From contig NZ_CP042911.1 in assembly GCF_008065095.1 (NCBI RefSeq), positions 8,550,001 through 8,582,000 on the forward strand: a stretch of DNA of 32,000 bases, in the 5' to 3' direction. This document shows, piece by piece, positions 17,506 through 25,814 of the stretch. The notes below the pieces were generated by a model, which was not told the DNA's origin, made no database searches, and was given only the letters and a program-made list of their open reading frames with translations. The position numbers and the translations under genes are program-made. The number at the start of each line of letters is the position of its first letter. The stretch's first letter is position 1. Source of the stretch: Gemmata obscuriglobus (GTDB lineage Bacteria > Planctomycetota > Planctomycetia > Gemmatales > Gemmataceae).

Positions 17506-19278
17506 CTAATTCAGTTGGTATTCCGGCAGACACATCATCGCGTGATAAGCCTCGCGGACGCGGGCCTTGAAGTCGGCAGAATCGAGCTTCACGTCCTTCG
17601 GATCGAGCGGCTTGTGCGGCTCTTTTTTCGAATCCTTCTTCTCCCCCTTCGGGGCCTCTTTCGGGGCTTCCGGCGGCTGAGATGGTGCGGCGACCTTGGC
17701 CCCCTTACCCTTCGCAGCCGGTCCCTTCGGGTTAGCCGGCGCCGGGGCCGCCGGACCGGGCGTCAGCAGGAACGTTTCGATCTTCTTGGCCTGCGCCGGC
17801 GTAACGGCCTCACCGTACAGCAGTTCGCCCATCCGTTTCACAACAGCCGTCACGTCCTTCGGCTTGCCGGCGTAGACGGCGGCGCACACGTCGAACTTCG
17901 CGTCCGGACCCGGCCCATATTCCTGCACGTTGGGTTCGGTCGCGTAAGTCTTTAGAGCCACGGCCCCGGACTCCGAGCGCCCACTCTGGCTCCACGTTCC
18001 GAGTGCGACTTTCTCCGCAAAGTTGTTCCGCGACAGAAGGGTGGCGCTGTTGAGCCAGTCGGTGCCGGTGCGCCAGCCCTTCACGTTCGGCGGTGAGAAC
18101 AGCGCTTGCCCCATCTTCGCGAGCGGCTCGAGCAGGTCCGCGAGTGGCACGCGGGTGGCAACCGCGGTGCGCACCGCGCCGAGGGCGCACTCGACCGGCC
18201 ACTTCACCCGCTTGCGGTACGCGTGCGCGCTGAAGAACAGCCGCGACCCGAGGACCGTTCGGACGAGGTCCGCGATGTCGTAGTCGGACTTCCGGAACTG
18301 GTCCGCGAGCGGGGCCAGCAGCCCCTTGGGCGGCGCCTCCTCGCTCACGAGGAACGCGTACAGCTTCGACACCAAGAACTTCGGGCACGCGGCGTGGTCG
18401 CAGCAGAGCCGGACCACGTCCTCGCCGGTCCACCGGCCCGTTTTCCCGAAAACGGTCTTCGTGCCGTCGTCGTGCAGGTCGCGGTTGAACTCGAACTGTT
18501 TCACCTCGGCGTCGTGGTGCCAGCCGGTGAGCGCGCGGGCCGCCTCCTGGATGTCCTTCTCCGTGTAGTTGTTGTTGCCGACGCCGAGCGAGAACAGTTC
18601 CATCACCTCGCGGGCGTAGTTCTCGTTGGGCGCCCCCTTCACGTTGCGGTTCGAGTCCAGCCACACCAGCATCGCGGGGTCCTTGCTCATGTCGAGCAGG
18701 AACGGCCGGAACTTCCCGAGCGCGTGCTTGCGGATGGTGACGTTCTGCTCGTACATCAGGCTCGTGCTGCGAACCTTGGCGTAGCTGGTGGCGAAGTGGT
18801 TGTGCCAGAACAGCGCCAGCTTCTCGCGCAGCGGGTGCCCGCCCTCGGTCATGGCGTACAGCCACCATACGCGCAGGTTCGCCGGCTCGGTGTAGAACTT
18901 CCCGCTCTCGGTGAGCAACTCGAGCCGCTCGGCCTGGTCCGGTTCGCCGGTCAGGAACCGGTCGAGCGTCTTGGTCGGACCCTGGGCGAGCGCCTGATCG
19001 ATCTCGGCGGGCGTGGCCCCGAAGCCGGCGCGCCGGTACAGGTGCGCGACCCACTTGCGGTTCCATTCGCCCGCGGCCGGCTGCCACGGCCGCCAAGCGT
19101 CGGCGGGATCAACTTTGCTCAGATCGGCTGGAAGGGACTCGGCCACGGGCGCGTTCCTCGTGAAGCACCGGCGGGATGCCGGGAGGAGGTTCGGACTGGC
19201 GACCGCATTATTGCCACGAGCGGCTGGAGTTCCAAGCCTCAAGTTCCGGGTTCCCGGACCGGAGGCAATTAACCCCAA
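17506..19278 (-). CDS. DUF1800 domain protein with a Lys/Pro/Ala-rich insertion near the C-terminus
   Basis: WWLYAMTEGGHPLREKLALFWHNHFATS is the DUF1800 signature region. A low-complexity PAAKGKGAKVAAPSQPPEAPKEAPKGEKKDSKKEPHKP stretch precedes the terminal ...LPEYQLN. Confidence 0.85.
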   Translation of the reverse strand: MGLIASGPGTRNLRLGTPAARGNNAVASPNLLPASRRCFTRNAPVAESLPADLSKVDPADAWRPWQPAAGEWNRKWVAHLYRRAGFGATPAEIDQALAQGPTKTLDRFLTGEPDQAERLELLTESGKFYTEPANLRVWWLYAMTEGGHPLREKLALFWHNHFATSYAKVRSTSLMYEQNVTIRKHALGKFRPFLLDMSKDPAMLVWLDSNRNVKGAPNENYAREVMELFSLGVGNNNYTEKDIQEAARALTGWHHDAEVKQFEFNRDLHDDGTKTVFGKTGRWTGEDVVRLCCDHAACPKFLVSKLYAFLVSEEAPPKGLLAPLADQFRKSDYDIADLVRTVLGSRLFFSAHAYRKRVKWPVECALGAVRTAVATRVPLADLLEPLAKMGQALFSPPNVKGWRTGTDWLNSATLLSRNNFAEKVALGTWSQSGRSESGAVALKTYATEPNVQEYGPGPDAKFDVCAAVYAGKPKDVTAVVKRMGELLYGEAVTPAQAKKIETFLLTPGPAAPAPANPKGPAAKGKGAKVAAPSQPPEAPKEAPKGEKKDSKKEPHKPLDPKDVKLDSADFKARVREAYHAMMCLPEYQLN

Positions 19279-19305
19279 ACGCGGTCAGAATTTGCAGCTC
19301 TTGAA

Positions 19306-20055
19306 TTACGGCTTCTTCGCTTTCGCTTCGGCTTCTTTGATGTATTTCTCAGGGTTCTCTTTGAACTCGTCACGGCACCCCGAACAGCACACGTAGTAGT
19401 CTTTCCCTTTGTACGTAACTTTCATTGTACCGAGGCCGCCGCTGACGATGCACTCCGGCCCCTTGGCGACGCTGGCGAACGGCTCGCCCTCTTTGGTCGC
19501 GCCGACTTGGTACTTCTTCGTGAATGCGACCGCCGTCCCCGCGGGCCGGCTCTCGAGCCGGTACAGGTGCCGGTTGCTGTGCAGCAGACTGAACACGAGT
19601 CGCTGCTCCTCGGACGCCGGGGCGTTCGTGCGCGTCAGCGTGAGAACTTTTCCCTTGTCGGTCAGCGTGCCGGTGAAGGTGGCGGTCGATTTGTCTGCGG
19701 TCGTGAGCGTGAGCGTGAACTTCGGTTCGGAAGCGTCCTTCTCAGGTGTGTAACGCAGTTCCCCTTTTGCAAAGTGTTTACCTTTGTCGAATGTCACCGC
19801 CAGCCACGCATCCTGGTCCTTAAATTTCCATTCCCATGTAACCTTTTCTTCCCAGGCGCCGGCGGCGCGCTCCTCTTTCGTTCCCTCGGGTGCCCCGCTA
19901 CCCTTCCATCCCCCCACGAGCACGTTGAATGGCTGCAATGCTTCCTTCGGGGGCACATTGTGCCCAGGAGCCGTGTGACGCACGAAAGGTGTGTCGCAGT
20001 CGCGCGCGGCGTGGTCAGAAATCGCACACGTGACCAAAAGAACAACAGCGGTCAT
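19306..20055 (-). CDS. YHS/TRASH-type metal-binding domain protein with N-terminal beta-rich (lipocalin-like) domain
   Basis: C-terminus CIVSGGLGTMKVTYKGKDYYVCCSGCRDEFKENPEKYI matches the YHS pattern (C..G...Y.G..YY.C...C...F..NPEKY). Short hydrophobic N-terminus. Its stop lies 27 nt upstream of the DUF1800 start. Confidence 0.75.
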   Translation of the reverse strand: MTAVVLLVTCAISDHAARDCDTPFVRHTAPGHNVPPKEALQPFNVLVGGWKGSGAPEGTKEERAAGAWEEKVTWEWKFKDQDAWLAVTFDKGKHFAKGELRYTPEKDASEPKFTLTLTTADKSTATFTGTLTDKGKVLTLTRTNAPASEEQRLVFSLLHSNRHLYRLESRPAGTAVAFTKKYQVGATKEGEPFASVAKGPECIVSGGLGTMKVTYKGKDYYVCCSGCRDEFKENPEKYIKEAEAKAKKP

Positions 20056-20148
20056 GACCGGTTCCTCGCGAGGTGGCGGAGCCCCGGGTGGTTCTCCGAA
20101 AAGACGACGCGACAGACCAGCCCTTTCAACAGGATCTATTAGAAGAGG

Positions 20149-20181
20149 CGAAACGAAGAAAGCCCGCGCAAACGCGCGGGC
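20149..20181 (-). terminator. Rho-independent terminator of the second csrA
   Basis: 8-bp GC stem gcccgcgc/gcgcgggc (20162-20169 / 20174-20181), 4-nt loop, followed on the minus strand by UUUCUUCGUUUCG. Lies 52 nt after the csrA stop. Confidence 0.7.
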
Positions 20182-20233
20182 ATTCGCTTCTCACTGGAGA
20201 AGTTGGAGTTGAAGTGCGTGAGCACCGAAGGTA

Positions 20234-20608
20234 TCACACGCGCGGCTTGCGGTACTTGGTGGCCTTCCCGACCGGCGGAACCGATGCAGGTACAGGAACT
20301 TCGGGCTTCGGAACGGCGGCCACGTTCGGCGTGTTTTCCGCGGGAGCGCCGCCGGCCACAATCATTGCGGTGTCGCCGCCCGTGTTAACCATCGTGTTGT
20401 GGGAACCGCCGTTGACCGCCTGGCCGACCAGAGCAAGAACGTCCGAAGACTGTTCAATTTTGTCGTGAATTTCTTGCCGGTCCACACGCACGTGCTGCGG
20501 GGCTTCGATCCCGATCTTGACGCGGCCGGGGCCGACGCTAACTACGGTGAGCTTGATGTCGCCAGCGATGATAATGGATTCGCCGGGGCGCCGGGTGAGA
20601 ACGAGCAT
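20234..20608 (-). CDS. csrA: CsrA paralog with approximately 60-aa low-complexity C-terminal extension
   Basis: MLVLTRRPGESIIIAGDIKLTVVSVGPGRVKIGIEAPQHVRVDRQEI is a full CsrA core. The tail is rich in G/A/P/V/N. SD AGGAGGGAC lies upstream of the ATG. Confidence 0.85.
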   Translation of the reverse strand: MLVLTRRPGESIIIAGDIKLTVVSVGPGRVKIGIEAPQHVRVDRQEIHDKIEQSSDVLALVGQAVNGGSHNTMVNTGGDTAMIVAGGAPAENTPNVAAVPKPEVPVPASVPPVGKATKYRKPRV

Positions 20609-20678
20609 CAGATGTCCCTCCTGGATGGTGCCGGCAGACGGGAGAGGTTGAACTGACCCCGCCGGCGGTCCTCGTACT

Positions 20679-20687
20679 AATTCTACG
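20679..20687 (-). promoter_or_regulatory. Putative -10 element (CGTAGAATT) upstream of the second csrA
   Basis: Same 9-mer as at 1538-1546, here 71 nt upstream of the ATG. The -35 element is not convincing. Confidence 0.3.
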
Positions 20688-21101
20688 ACACAATTTGTCG
20701 CATCTTGCAGGCCGAACTCATTTTTTTCTCAAGCTCTGGCCCGCCGTTACCGACACGTTACAGTCCGTTCGAGCCTCGCGTCATGTCGGTTGTCGGCCGC
20801 GTAAACTTCAGCAATTTAGGCGCCGATATCAAATAAGACGAAAAAACAGGGCAAGCGTTTGCAAACTGGAAAAAGAAAAATTACTACCGGCTCTGTTGCA
20901 GCCGGAACGGTTCACTGGAACCTGATTTGAGAGAAAAAGGTAACCGAACGAGATCGGCGCTGTCAAGGCTGCTCTGTGACAAGTTGAGGGCTTCTGGAAA
21001 CTTGGGAGGCTTGCTGCTCGTTTCGGTGCTGATTGGAAACGCCCGGGGAGTGAGCGGCAGGCGTTTTAACACCCACCGCCCACTCCCCGGACAAGTTACG
21101 G

Positions 21102-21950
21102 TTAAACGAGGGCAGGAACGCGCGGCCGCGGGGCGGTCACCTTCCAGGGCGGCAGCCAGTCGTTCTCGTCGAACAGGTCGGCCAGTTCCGCGAGCGACGG
21201 AACCACCGTTTCCGGACTGTAGGCGTACCGGGGAAGGTCTTCGGCTTTCGTGCCGCCGCTCAGTACGAGCACCGTGTGGAACCCGAGCTGTACCCCGCCG
21301 AGGATGTCCGTCTCCATCGTGTCGCCGATCATCGTCGTCTGATCGGTGGTGAGCCCGAGTTCCTTGCGGGCCGCGCGCATCATGACCGGGCTCGGCTTGC
21401 CGACGCTGAACGCCTTGACGCCGGTCGCGGTTTCGAGCAGCGCGACGAACGCCCCGCACCCGGGCCGGATGCCGTTTTGCGTGGGACAGTTCGGGTCCAT
21501 GTTGGTGGCGATCAGCTTCGCCCCACCGAGGATCATCCGCACCGCGGACTCGACCAGCTCCAGGTTGAACGTGCGGCCCTCACCAACGACCACATAGTCG
21601 GGGTCGTGATCGACGACCGCGTACCCGTGCTGGTGCAGCGCGGTGAGCAACCCACCTTCGCCGATCACGTAAGCGGTGCCGCCCGGCTTCTGTTGTGCGA
21701 GGAACCGGGCCGTTGCCATCGCGCTGGTGAAGACGTGTTCCTCTTCGACATCGAGCCCCAGGCGGACGAGCCGGGCGACGACATCGCGCCGGGTGCGCTG
21801 GCTGTTGTTGGTCAAGAACCGAAAGGGGATGTCCCGTTCACGCAGCTCGCGCACGAAGCGGTCTGCGCCGGGGATGAGATCCGTTCCGCGGTAGAGAACG
21901 CCGTCCATATCGATCAGAAAGCCGAACTTCGGTGTGCTGTGCTGCACCAT
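21102..21950 (-). CDS. HAD-IIA family hydrolase (NagD-like sugar-phosphate phosphatase)
   Basis: FLIDMDGVLYRG (motif I DxDG), FLTNNS (motif II region) and GDTMETDILGG (motif IV). 282 aa. Confidence 0.9.
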   Translation of the reverse strand: MVQHSTPKFGFLIDMDGVLYRGTDLIPGADRFVRELRERDIPFRFLTNNSQRTRRDVVARLVRLGLDVEEEHVFTSAMATARFLAQQKPGGTAYVIGEGGLLTALHQHGYAVVDHDPDYVVVGEGRTFNLELVESAVRMILGGAKLIATNMDPNCPTQNGIRPGCGAFVALLETATGVKAFSVGKPSPVMMRAARKELGLTTDQTTMIGDTMETDILGGVQLGFHTVLVLSGGTKAEDLPRYAYSPETVVPSLAELADLFDENDWLPPWKVTAPRPRVPALV

Positions 21951-22369
21951 TCATTCCTCAGTAGTGAAAATCAGGCCCAACGGGTTTCGTACCCGTGGCG
22001 AGGTCCGGAGAACGGGAGGAGGAGAAGCCGTCGAGAGGGGACGGTGCGGAGGAGGATGGTAGTAACCAAAGCATGCCGCGTGCCGCACCGGCCGGATTGG
22101 CGCGGTCTCGACAGTAAGGTGATGCGGGGCAACAGCTTGCAAACGAAATGTGGCTGATGTGAAGATACGCCGGATGCGTAAAGAGCAGGCAATTCGACCG
22201 AAATCCCTTACAGGCGAAAGGGTAAACGGGGTGTGGCCCACTTCCTCCCGCGTTCGCACTGTGTCCGAACCGGCGGGCGTATCAAGACGTTCGGCGGCCT
22301 GAGCGTCCCATCACTCAAATCGTCGGGGATCGTTCGCACTGCCCGCGCTAGCGGGCGGGGCAACTGTTT

Positions 22370-23008
22370 CTACTGCGAGAAGTTCTTCTTGAAGTCGAGG
22401 TACGCGAGGTACATCAGCCCGCCGAGGATGAGGTAGCACACCATCGTCGCGGGTACGGACGGTGAGGCCAACTTCAGCGCGCTGCCGGCCGATGCCTTGA
22501 GTTTCGGTTTGATGCCGCGCCAGTCCACCGAATAAATCTCGTCCAGGATCAGGTGCGACAGGAACCCGACCATCACGCCCACGCCGAGGATGAACCGCAC
22601 CCCGCGGTCGGGGTACGCCAGGTACACGCACAGCCCCGCGATAAGCATGGCCGGGATGCTGTGGTACATCCCGCGGTGAACCGTGAACTGCTTGAACACG
22701 TTCGCGACGAAGTACCGGATGAACAGGTACGCGAACAGTAGCGTGGCGCAGATGCTCTCGAGCGGCATTCCCGCGTGCATCATGCGGCGGATGAAGAGCA
22801 TCGGCACGACCGCGGCCAGCAGCCCGAACATCTCGCGCACGGGCACCCCGGAGTCGCTGTCGAGGTCCGGGAGCATCCCGCCGACCGCGGTCACCCCGGC
22901 CGCCAGAATGCCCACTTCCGTGCTGAACCCGAGCGGCTGAACGGCGAACCCGCCGTAAGCGATGCCCAGCCCCCCGGACACCGTGATGTGCGTGCGGAAC
23001 CCGGCCAC
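22370..23008 (-). CDS. Membrane-bound metal-dependent hydrolase, YdjM/DUF457 family
   Basis: GFRTHITVSGG..., LPDLDSDSG, HRGMYHS and HLILDEI His/Asp motifs within a 5-6 TM protein. Confidence 0.8.
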   Translation of the reverse strand: MAGFRTHITVSGGLGIAYGGFAVQPLGFSTEVGILAAGVTAVGGMLPDLDSDSGVPVREMFGLLAAVVPMLFIRRMMHAGMPLESICATLLFAYLFIRYFVANVFKQFTVHRGMYHSIPAMLIAGLCVYLAYPDRGVRFILGVGVMVGFLSHLILDEIYSVDWRGIKPKLKASAGSALKLASPSVPATMVCYLILGGLMYLAYLDFKKNFSQ

Positions 23009-23165
23009 GCGTCGCCCTCCTTAACGGAGATACCCCAAACTGCCGAGCATCCTACCGCGCCCCGCCGGCGCCCGAAACTTCAGTTCGCGATACTGTAATT
23101 TTGTGCAACGGGCCTTGTGTACAGACGTTCCCTCTGAGTATGGTTTACTGAAAGGAGGACGCGAA

Positions 23166-23417
23166 ATGAACCCCACGAACGAAGTAATCGCCCAACGCCT
23201 GCGGAAGCACGCGAACGACCTGGCCCGGTCCGGCAGCAACTTGTACCGCGTCCGCGCGTTCCGGTCGGCGGCCATCGCGGTCATGGGCCTTCACGGCGAC
23301 GTGACAGAAATCGTCGCCAGCGGCGGCGTGCCGGCCCTCGAGCGCGTTCCGGGCATCGGCAAGAGCCTCGCGCTGACCATCGCCGAGTACGTTGTGGCGA
23401 ACGGCCTGGCCGCGTAA
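23166..23417 (+). CDS. Stand-alone helix-hairpin-helix protein resembling the N-terminal 8-kDa domain of family-X DNA polymerases
   Basis: NEVIAQRLRKHANDLARSGSNLYRVRAFRSAAIAVMGL...LERVPGIGKSLALTIAEYV follows the Pol X N-terminal pattern (N..IA..L...A.LLE..G.N.FRVRAYR.AA......L..LPGIGK..A.KI.E). ATG preceded by AAAGGAGGACGCGAA. No polymerase or PHP domain follows. Confidence 0.7.
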   Translation: MNPTNEVIAQRLRKHANDLARSGSNLYRVRAFRSAAIAVMGLHGDVTEIVASGGVPALERVPGIGKSLALTIAEYVVANGLAA

Positions 23418-23421
23418 CGCG

Positions 23422-25518
23422 CTAGCTGACGCCGTCCACGCGCACGCCGATCTCTTTGAGCGCCTCGCGGAACGCGGCGAGTTGGTCTTCGGCCACGCTC
23501 ACCGCCAGCGGGCCGAGGCGCTCGGCCACCAGCGCGCGGGTTCCGGGCCACTGCACCAACCCGTCTGCGATTTCGACCGTCGGCAACTTCACCACCAACA
23601 GGCGCTCCGCCCGGGGTTGTGAGAGTTGCGACCCGAGCAGCAGCAACCGGCCCGCGGCGGAGAGCGGAGAGCCGCTCCGCTCCAAGAACCACGCATCAAG
23701 CTCCGCCAACGTGCGCCCGCCCTCAACAGCCTTTCGCAGCGAGGTTGGTGTGAGCCGGAACCGCTGTACCCCGTTCTGCTCGATCGGCAGCGGCTCTGCG
23801 AACTGTTTGAGTTCCGCTTCGAGCAGCAGGTCTGCTTGCGGGCCGTCAACCGTGAGCGTGACGCCGTCGTCCGCCGGTGCGAGGCACCGCTGTGGCTTGG
23901 ATTCGTAGTCGCGGTTGCCGATCAGGCGCAGGTTCGAGAGCGACGGCTCGCGCCCGTCGGCGGTCATTCCGATGCGATCGGTGAGCCGCAGCACCACCAC
24001 CCCGCGCGCCACCGCGATGTCCAGTTCCGCGGGCGTCTGAAACTCGACCAACACCGCAGAAGCGAACGCGGTGATCCGCTCGCGCTTGCTGGCCCACCGC
24101 TGGAGCAGGTCCGCAACGCCCGCGGGCACGGGGCGCGTGCCGTGGCGGTTGAGCGTCTGCACGATCATCGGCAGCGTCAGCCCCGATTCCAGACCGCGGT
24201 AGGTCTGCTCTGGAGTGAGCTCGAGCGTGCAGGCGGGGCCGATCCCCTTCCACGCCGCGAACCGCGTGAGCGACGCGACCAGCGCCGGCGTCAGCCCCTG
24301 CCGGTACGCGAGGATCTCCGCGTTCGGCTGGACCATCAGCGTTTGCGGGAACGCCGGCGGAACCGGCGGCTCCGGGTCGCCGAAGAGCAGGTGCCGGCCG
24401 AGGCCAGAGAGTCGAACGAGTTCGCCCGACACCTCCACAATTCCTAGCGAATACGCGACGCCGAGCAGGTAACCGCGGACCCAACCGGCGCCTTTATCAC
24501 TCGCGGCGTCGGGCGGGATCACACCGGCCCACGACGGGTGGTGCGACCACAGCCACTCCGCGACCGCATCCGGGTGAACGAAGTCGCGCGCCAGGAGCAG
24601 ACTGAGGAGGCCGGCGGTCGGGGTCGGCGAGAGCCCGTTCTCGGTTGGCGCGTAGCCGGTCAGCGGGTCCCACGGCTCCACGAGCGGGAGCGCCCGCATC
24701 AGTTGCCCGAGCAGAGGGAGCAGCGGCCCCTCCCAGGTTGCCGGGAACGGGTCGGCCTCGAGCGCCCCGCCGCGCTCGGCGAGCAGCTCGACGGCTCGCG
24801 CCCACAGCAGGGCAAGCACCCCGGCGTCGGCGACGAGCGCGATCTGATCGACCGGTGGCGCGGCCAGCACCGCGTCTCCCTGGAGCCGCAGCAGGTCGCG
24901 CTTGAAGAGGGTGTGGCCCTGCGTGAGCCGCACCGGCTCGTTCTGAACCTGTTGCCAGGCCGCCGCGAGGCGTAGCGGCCATTCGAGGCCGTCGGCCTGG
25001 CGCGGGCTACCGACTTCGTCGTCCGGGTTCGTGAGGTCCGGGAGTTCCAGGTTTTCGCCCCGCGCGCGGAGCGCGACGCCCGGGTGCGCGAACACGACCG
25101 CGTTGTGCGTGCCTGCCAGCCCGAACCACGCCGCGAAGTCCTCGACGGGCGGCTCGTCCGTGCCGCGGTCGGGGAAGAGCAGGGCGGTCTCGAGCAGAGC
25201 CTGAACCGGTGTGAACCCGTCGTTGTGGTCGAGGGCCGCAAGGAGCGTGAGAAGGTGGCCGACCTTCCACCGCGGCTGGCGGCTCAGCCCCATGAACGCG
25301 AGCACCTTGCGCGCGGCCGGGGGCTGCTCCTTGATGCGCCGGTCGATGACCGGCGCGTTGGTGACCATCGCGACGGATTTCTCGATCAGCTCTTCGACGG
25401 GCAGCTTGGACCGCGGGCGGACGAGCTTGTCGCCCACCGCGCGCAAAAGGGTCTCGCTGTACCCCAGAAGGGCATCGCGGCAGCGTTCGGACCAGTCGGT
25501 GTCGGAGGTCTGGGGCAT
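23422..25518 (-). CDS. XPB helicase-associated protein (698 aa) containing XPB-N-terminal-domain-like modules
   Basis: QTLMVQPNAEILAYRQGLTPALVASLTRFAAWKGIGPACTLELTPEQTYRGLESGLTLPMIVQTLNRHGTRPVPAGVADLLQRW aligns by eye with the XPB N-terminal domain of the helicase at 26855-28690 (FIVQSDRSVLVEV...FAELEKSPEHIHTYRISNLSLWNAAAAGFSADEVVGVLQKYTKFPIPQNI). A second, weaker copy follows. Same strand as XPB. Confidence 0.8.
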   Translation of the reverse strand: MPQTSDTDWSERCRDALLGYSETLLRAVGDKLVRPRSKLPVEELIEKSVAMVTNAPVIDRRIKEQPPAARKVLAFMGLSRQPRWKVGHLLTLLAALDHNDGFTPVQALLETALLFPDRGTDEPPVEDFAAWFGLAGTHNAVVFAHPGVALRARGENLELPDLTNPDDEVGSPRQADGLEWPLRLAAAWQQVQNEPVRLTQGHTLFKRDLLRLQGDAVLAAPPVDQIALVADAGVLALLWARAVELLAERGGALEADPFPATWEGPLLPLLGQLMRALPLVEPWDPLTGYAPTENGLSPTPTAGLLSLLLARDFVHPDAVAEWLWSHHPSWAGVIPPDAASDKGAGWVRGYLLGVAYSLGIVEVSGELVRLSGLGRHLLFGDPEPPVPPAFPQTLMVQPNAEILAYRQGLTPALVASLTRFAAWKGIGPACTLELTPEQTYRGLESGLTLPMIVQTLNRHGTRPVPAGVADLLQRWASKRERITAFASAVLVEFQTPAELDIAVARGVVVLRLTDRIGMTADGREPSLSNLRLIGNRDYESKPQRCLAPADDGVTLTVDGPQADLLLEAELKQFAEPLPIEQNGVQRFRLTPTSLRKAVEGGRTLAELDAWFLERSGSPLSAAGRLLLLGSQLSQPRAERLLVVKLPTVEIADGLVQWPGTRALVAERLGPLAVSVAEDQLAAFREALKEIGVRVDGVS

Positions 25519-25543
25519 CGAAATGTTGTATGGCGAAGGCGGC

Positions 25544-25771
25544 TTATTTCCCGACCACTTGCGGGGTGTGTCCCATCTTGCGAAGCTCTTCGAGCACCGA
25601 ATCGAGCCGCCCGGGGCGGATGAGCAGCACCTTTTCCGAGAGCCGCCCGGCGACCTCGGCGGAGAGCTTCTTCCGCGCGAGCAACTCCTCGGCCAGCACC
25701 GCGTCTTCGGTGAGAACGAGGCACACGCGGCGGTGCAACTTGGCGGGCAGGCGAGCGGTCGGGTTGGTCAT
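25544..25771 (-). CDS. Small (75-aa) protein paralogous to the C-terminal domain of the 698-aa helicase-associated protein
   Basis: Ungapped by-eye alignment of RRVCLVLTEDAVLAEELLARKKLSAEVAGRLSEKVLLIRPGRLDSVLEELRKMGHTP with ERLLVVKLPTVEIADGLVQWPGTRALVAERLGPLAVSVAEDQLAAFREALKEIGVRV shows about a quarter identities and a matching hydrophobic pattern. ATG at 25771. An alternative TTG at 25813 would give 89 aa. Confidence 0.6.
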   Translation of the reverse strand: MTNPTARLPAKLHRRVCLVLTEDAVLAEELLARKKLSAEVAGRLSEKVLLIRPGRLDSVLEELRKMGHTPQVVGK

Positions 25772-25814
25772 TGGAAAACTAAACCGTGAAACGTGGTCGG
25801 TTGTCTTGGACAAG

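Noticed and set aside
21038-21067. Hairpin AACGCC-N16-GGCGTT followed by TT, considered as terminator of the putative GGA-rich sRNA
   Set aside because: Short 6-7-bp stem, large 16-nt loop, and the T residues are consumed by stem extension. Not a convincing intrinsic terminator, so it is kept only as a caveat in the finding.
22251-22341. 11-nt direct repeat CGTTCGCACTG at 22251-22261 and 22331-22341
   Set aside because: About one such nearby repeat is expected by chance in a window of this size and GC bias. No further periodicity or palindromy.
21951-22369. About 420-bp gap upstream of the HAD gene, containing a 102-aa minus-strand ORF and a 35-aa plus-strand ORF with an adjacent GGAGGAGG
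   Set aside because: The SD abuts the ATG with no spacing, the compositions are non-coding-like, and no riboswitch-like conserved core was recognised.
23093-23124. CTGT ... ACAG in the divergent ydjM-like / PolX-N promoter region, considered as a LexA (SOS) box
   Set aside because: The half-sites are 24 nt apart, not 8 as in the E. coli-type box. No Cheo-type GAAC-N4-GTTC box is present either. The LexA motif of this lineage is unknown to me.
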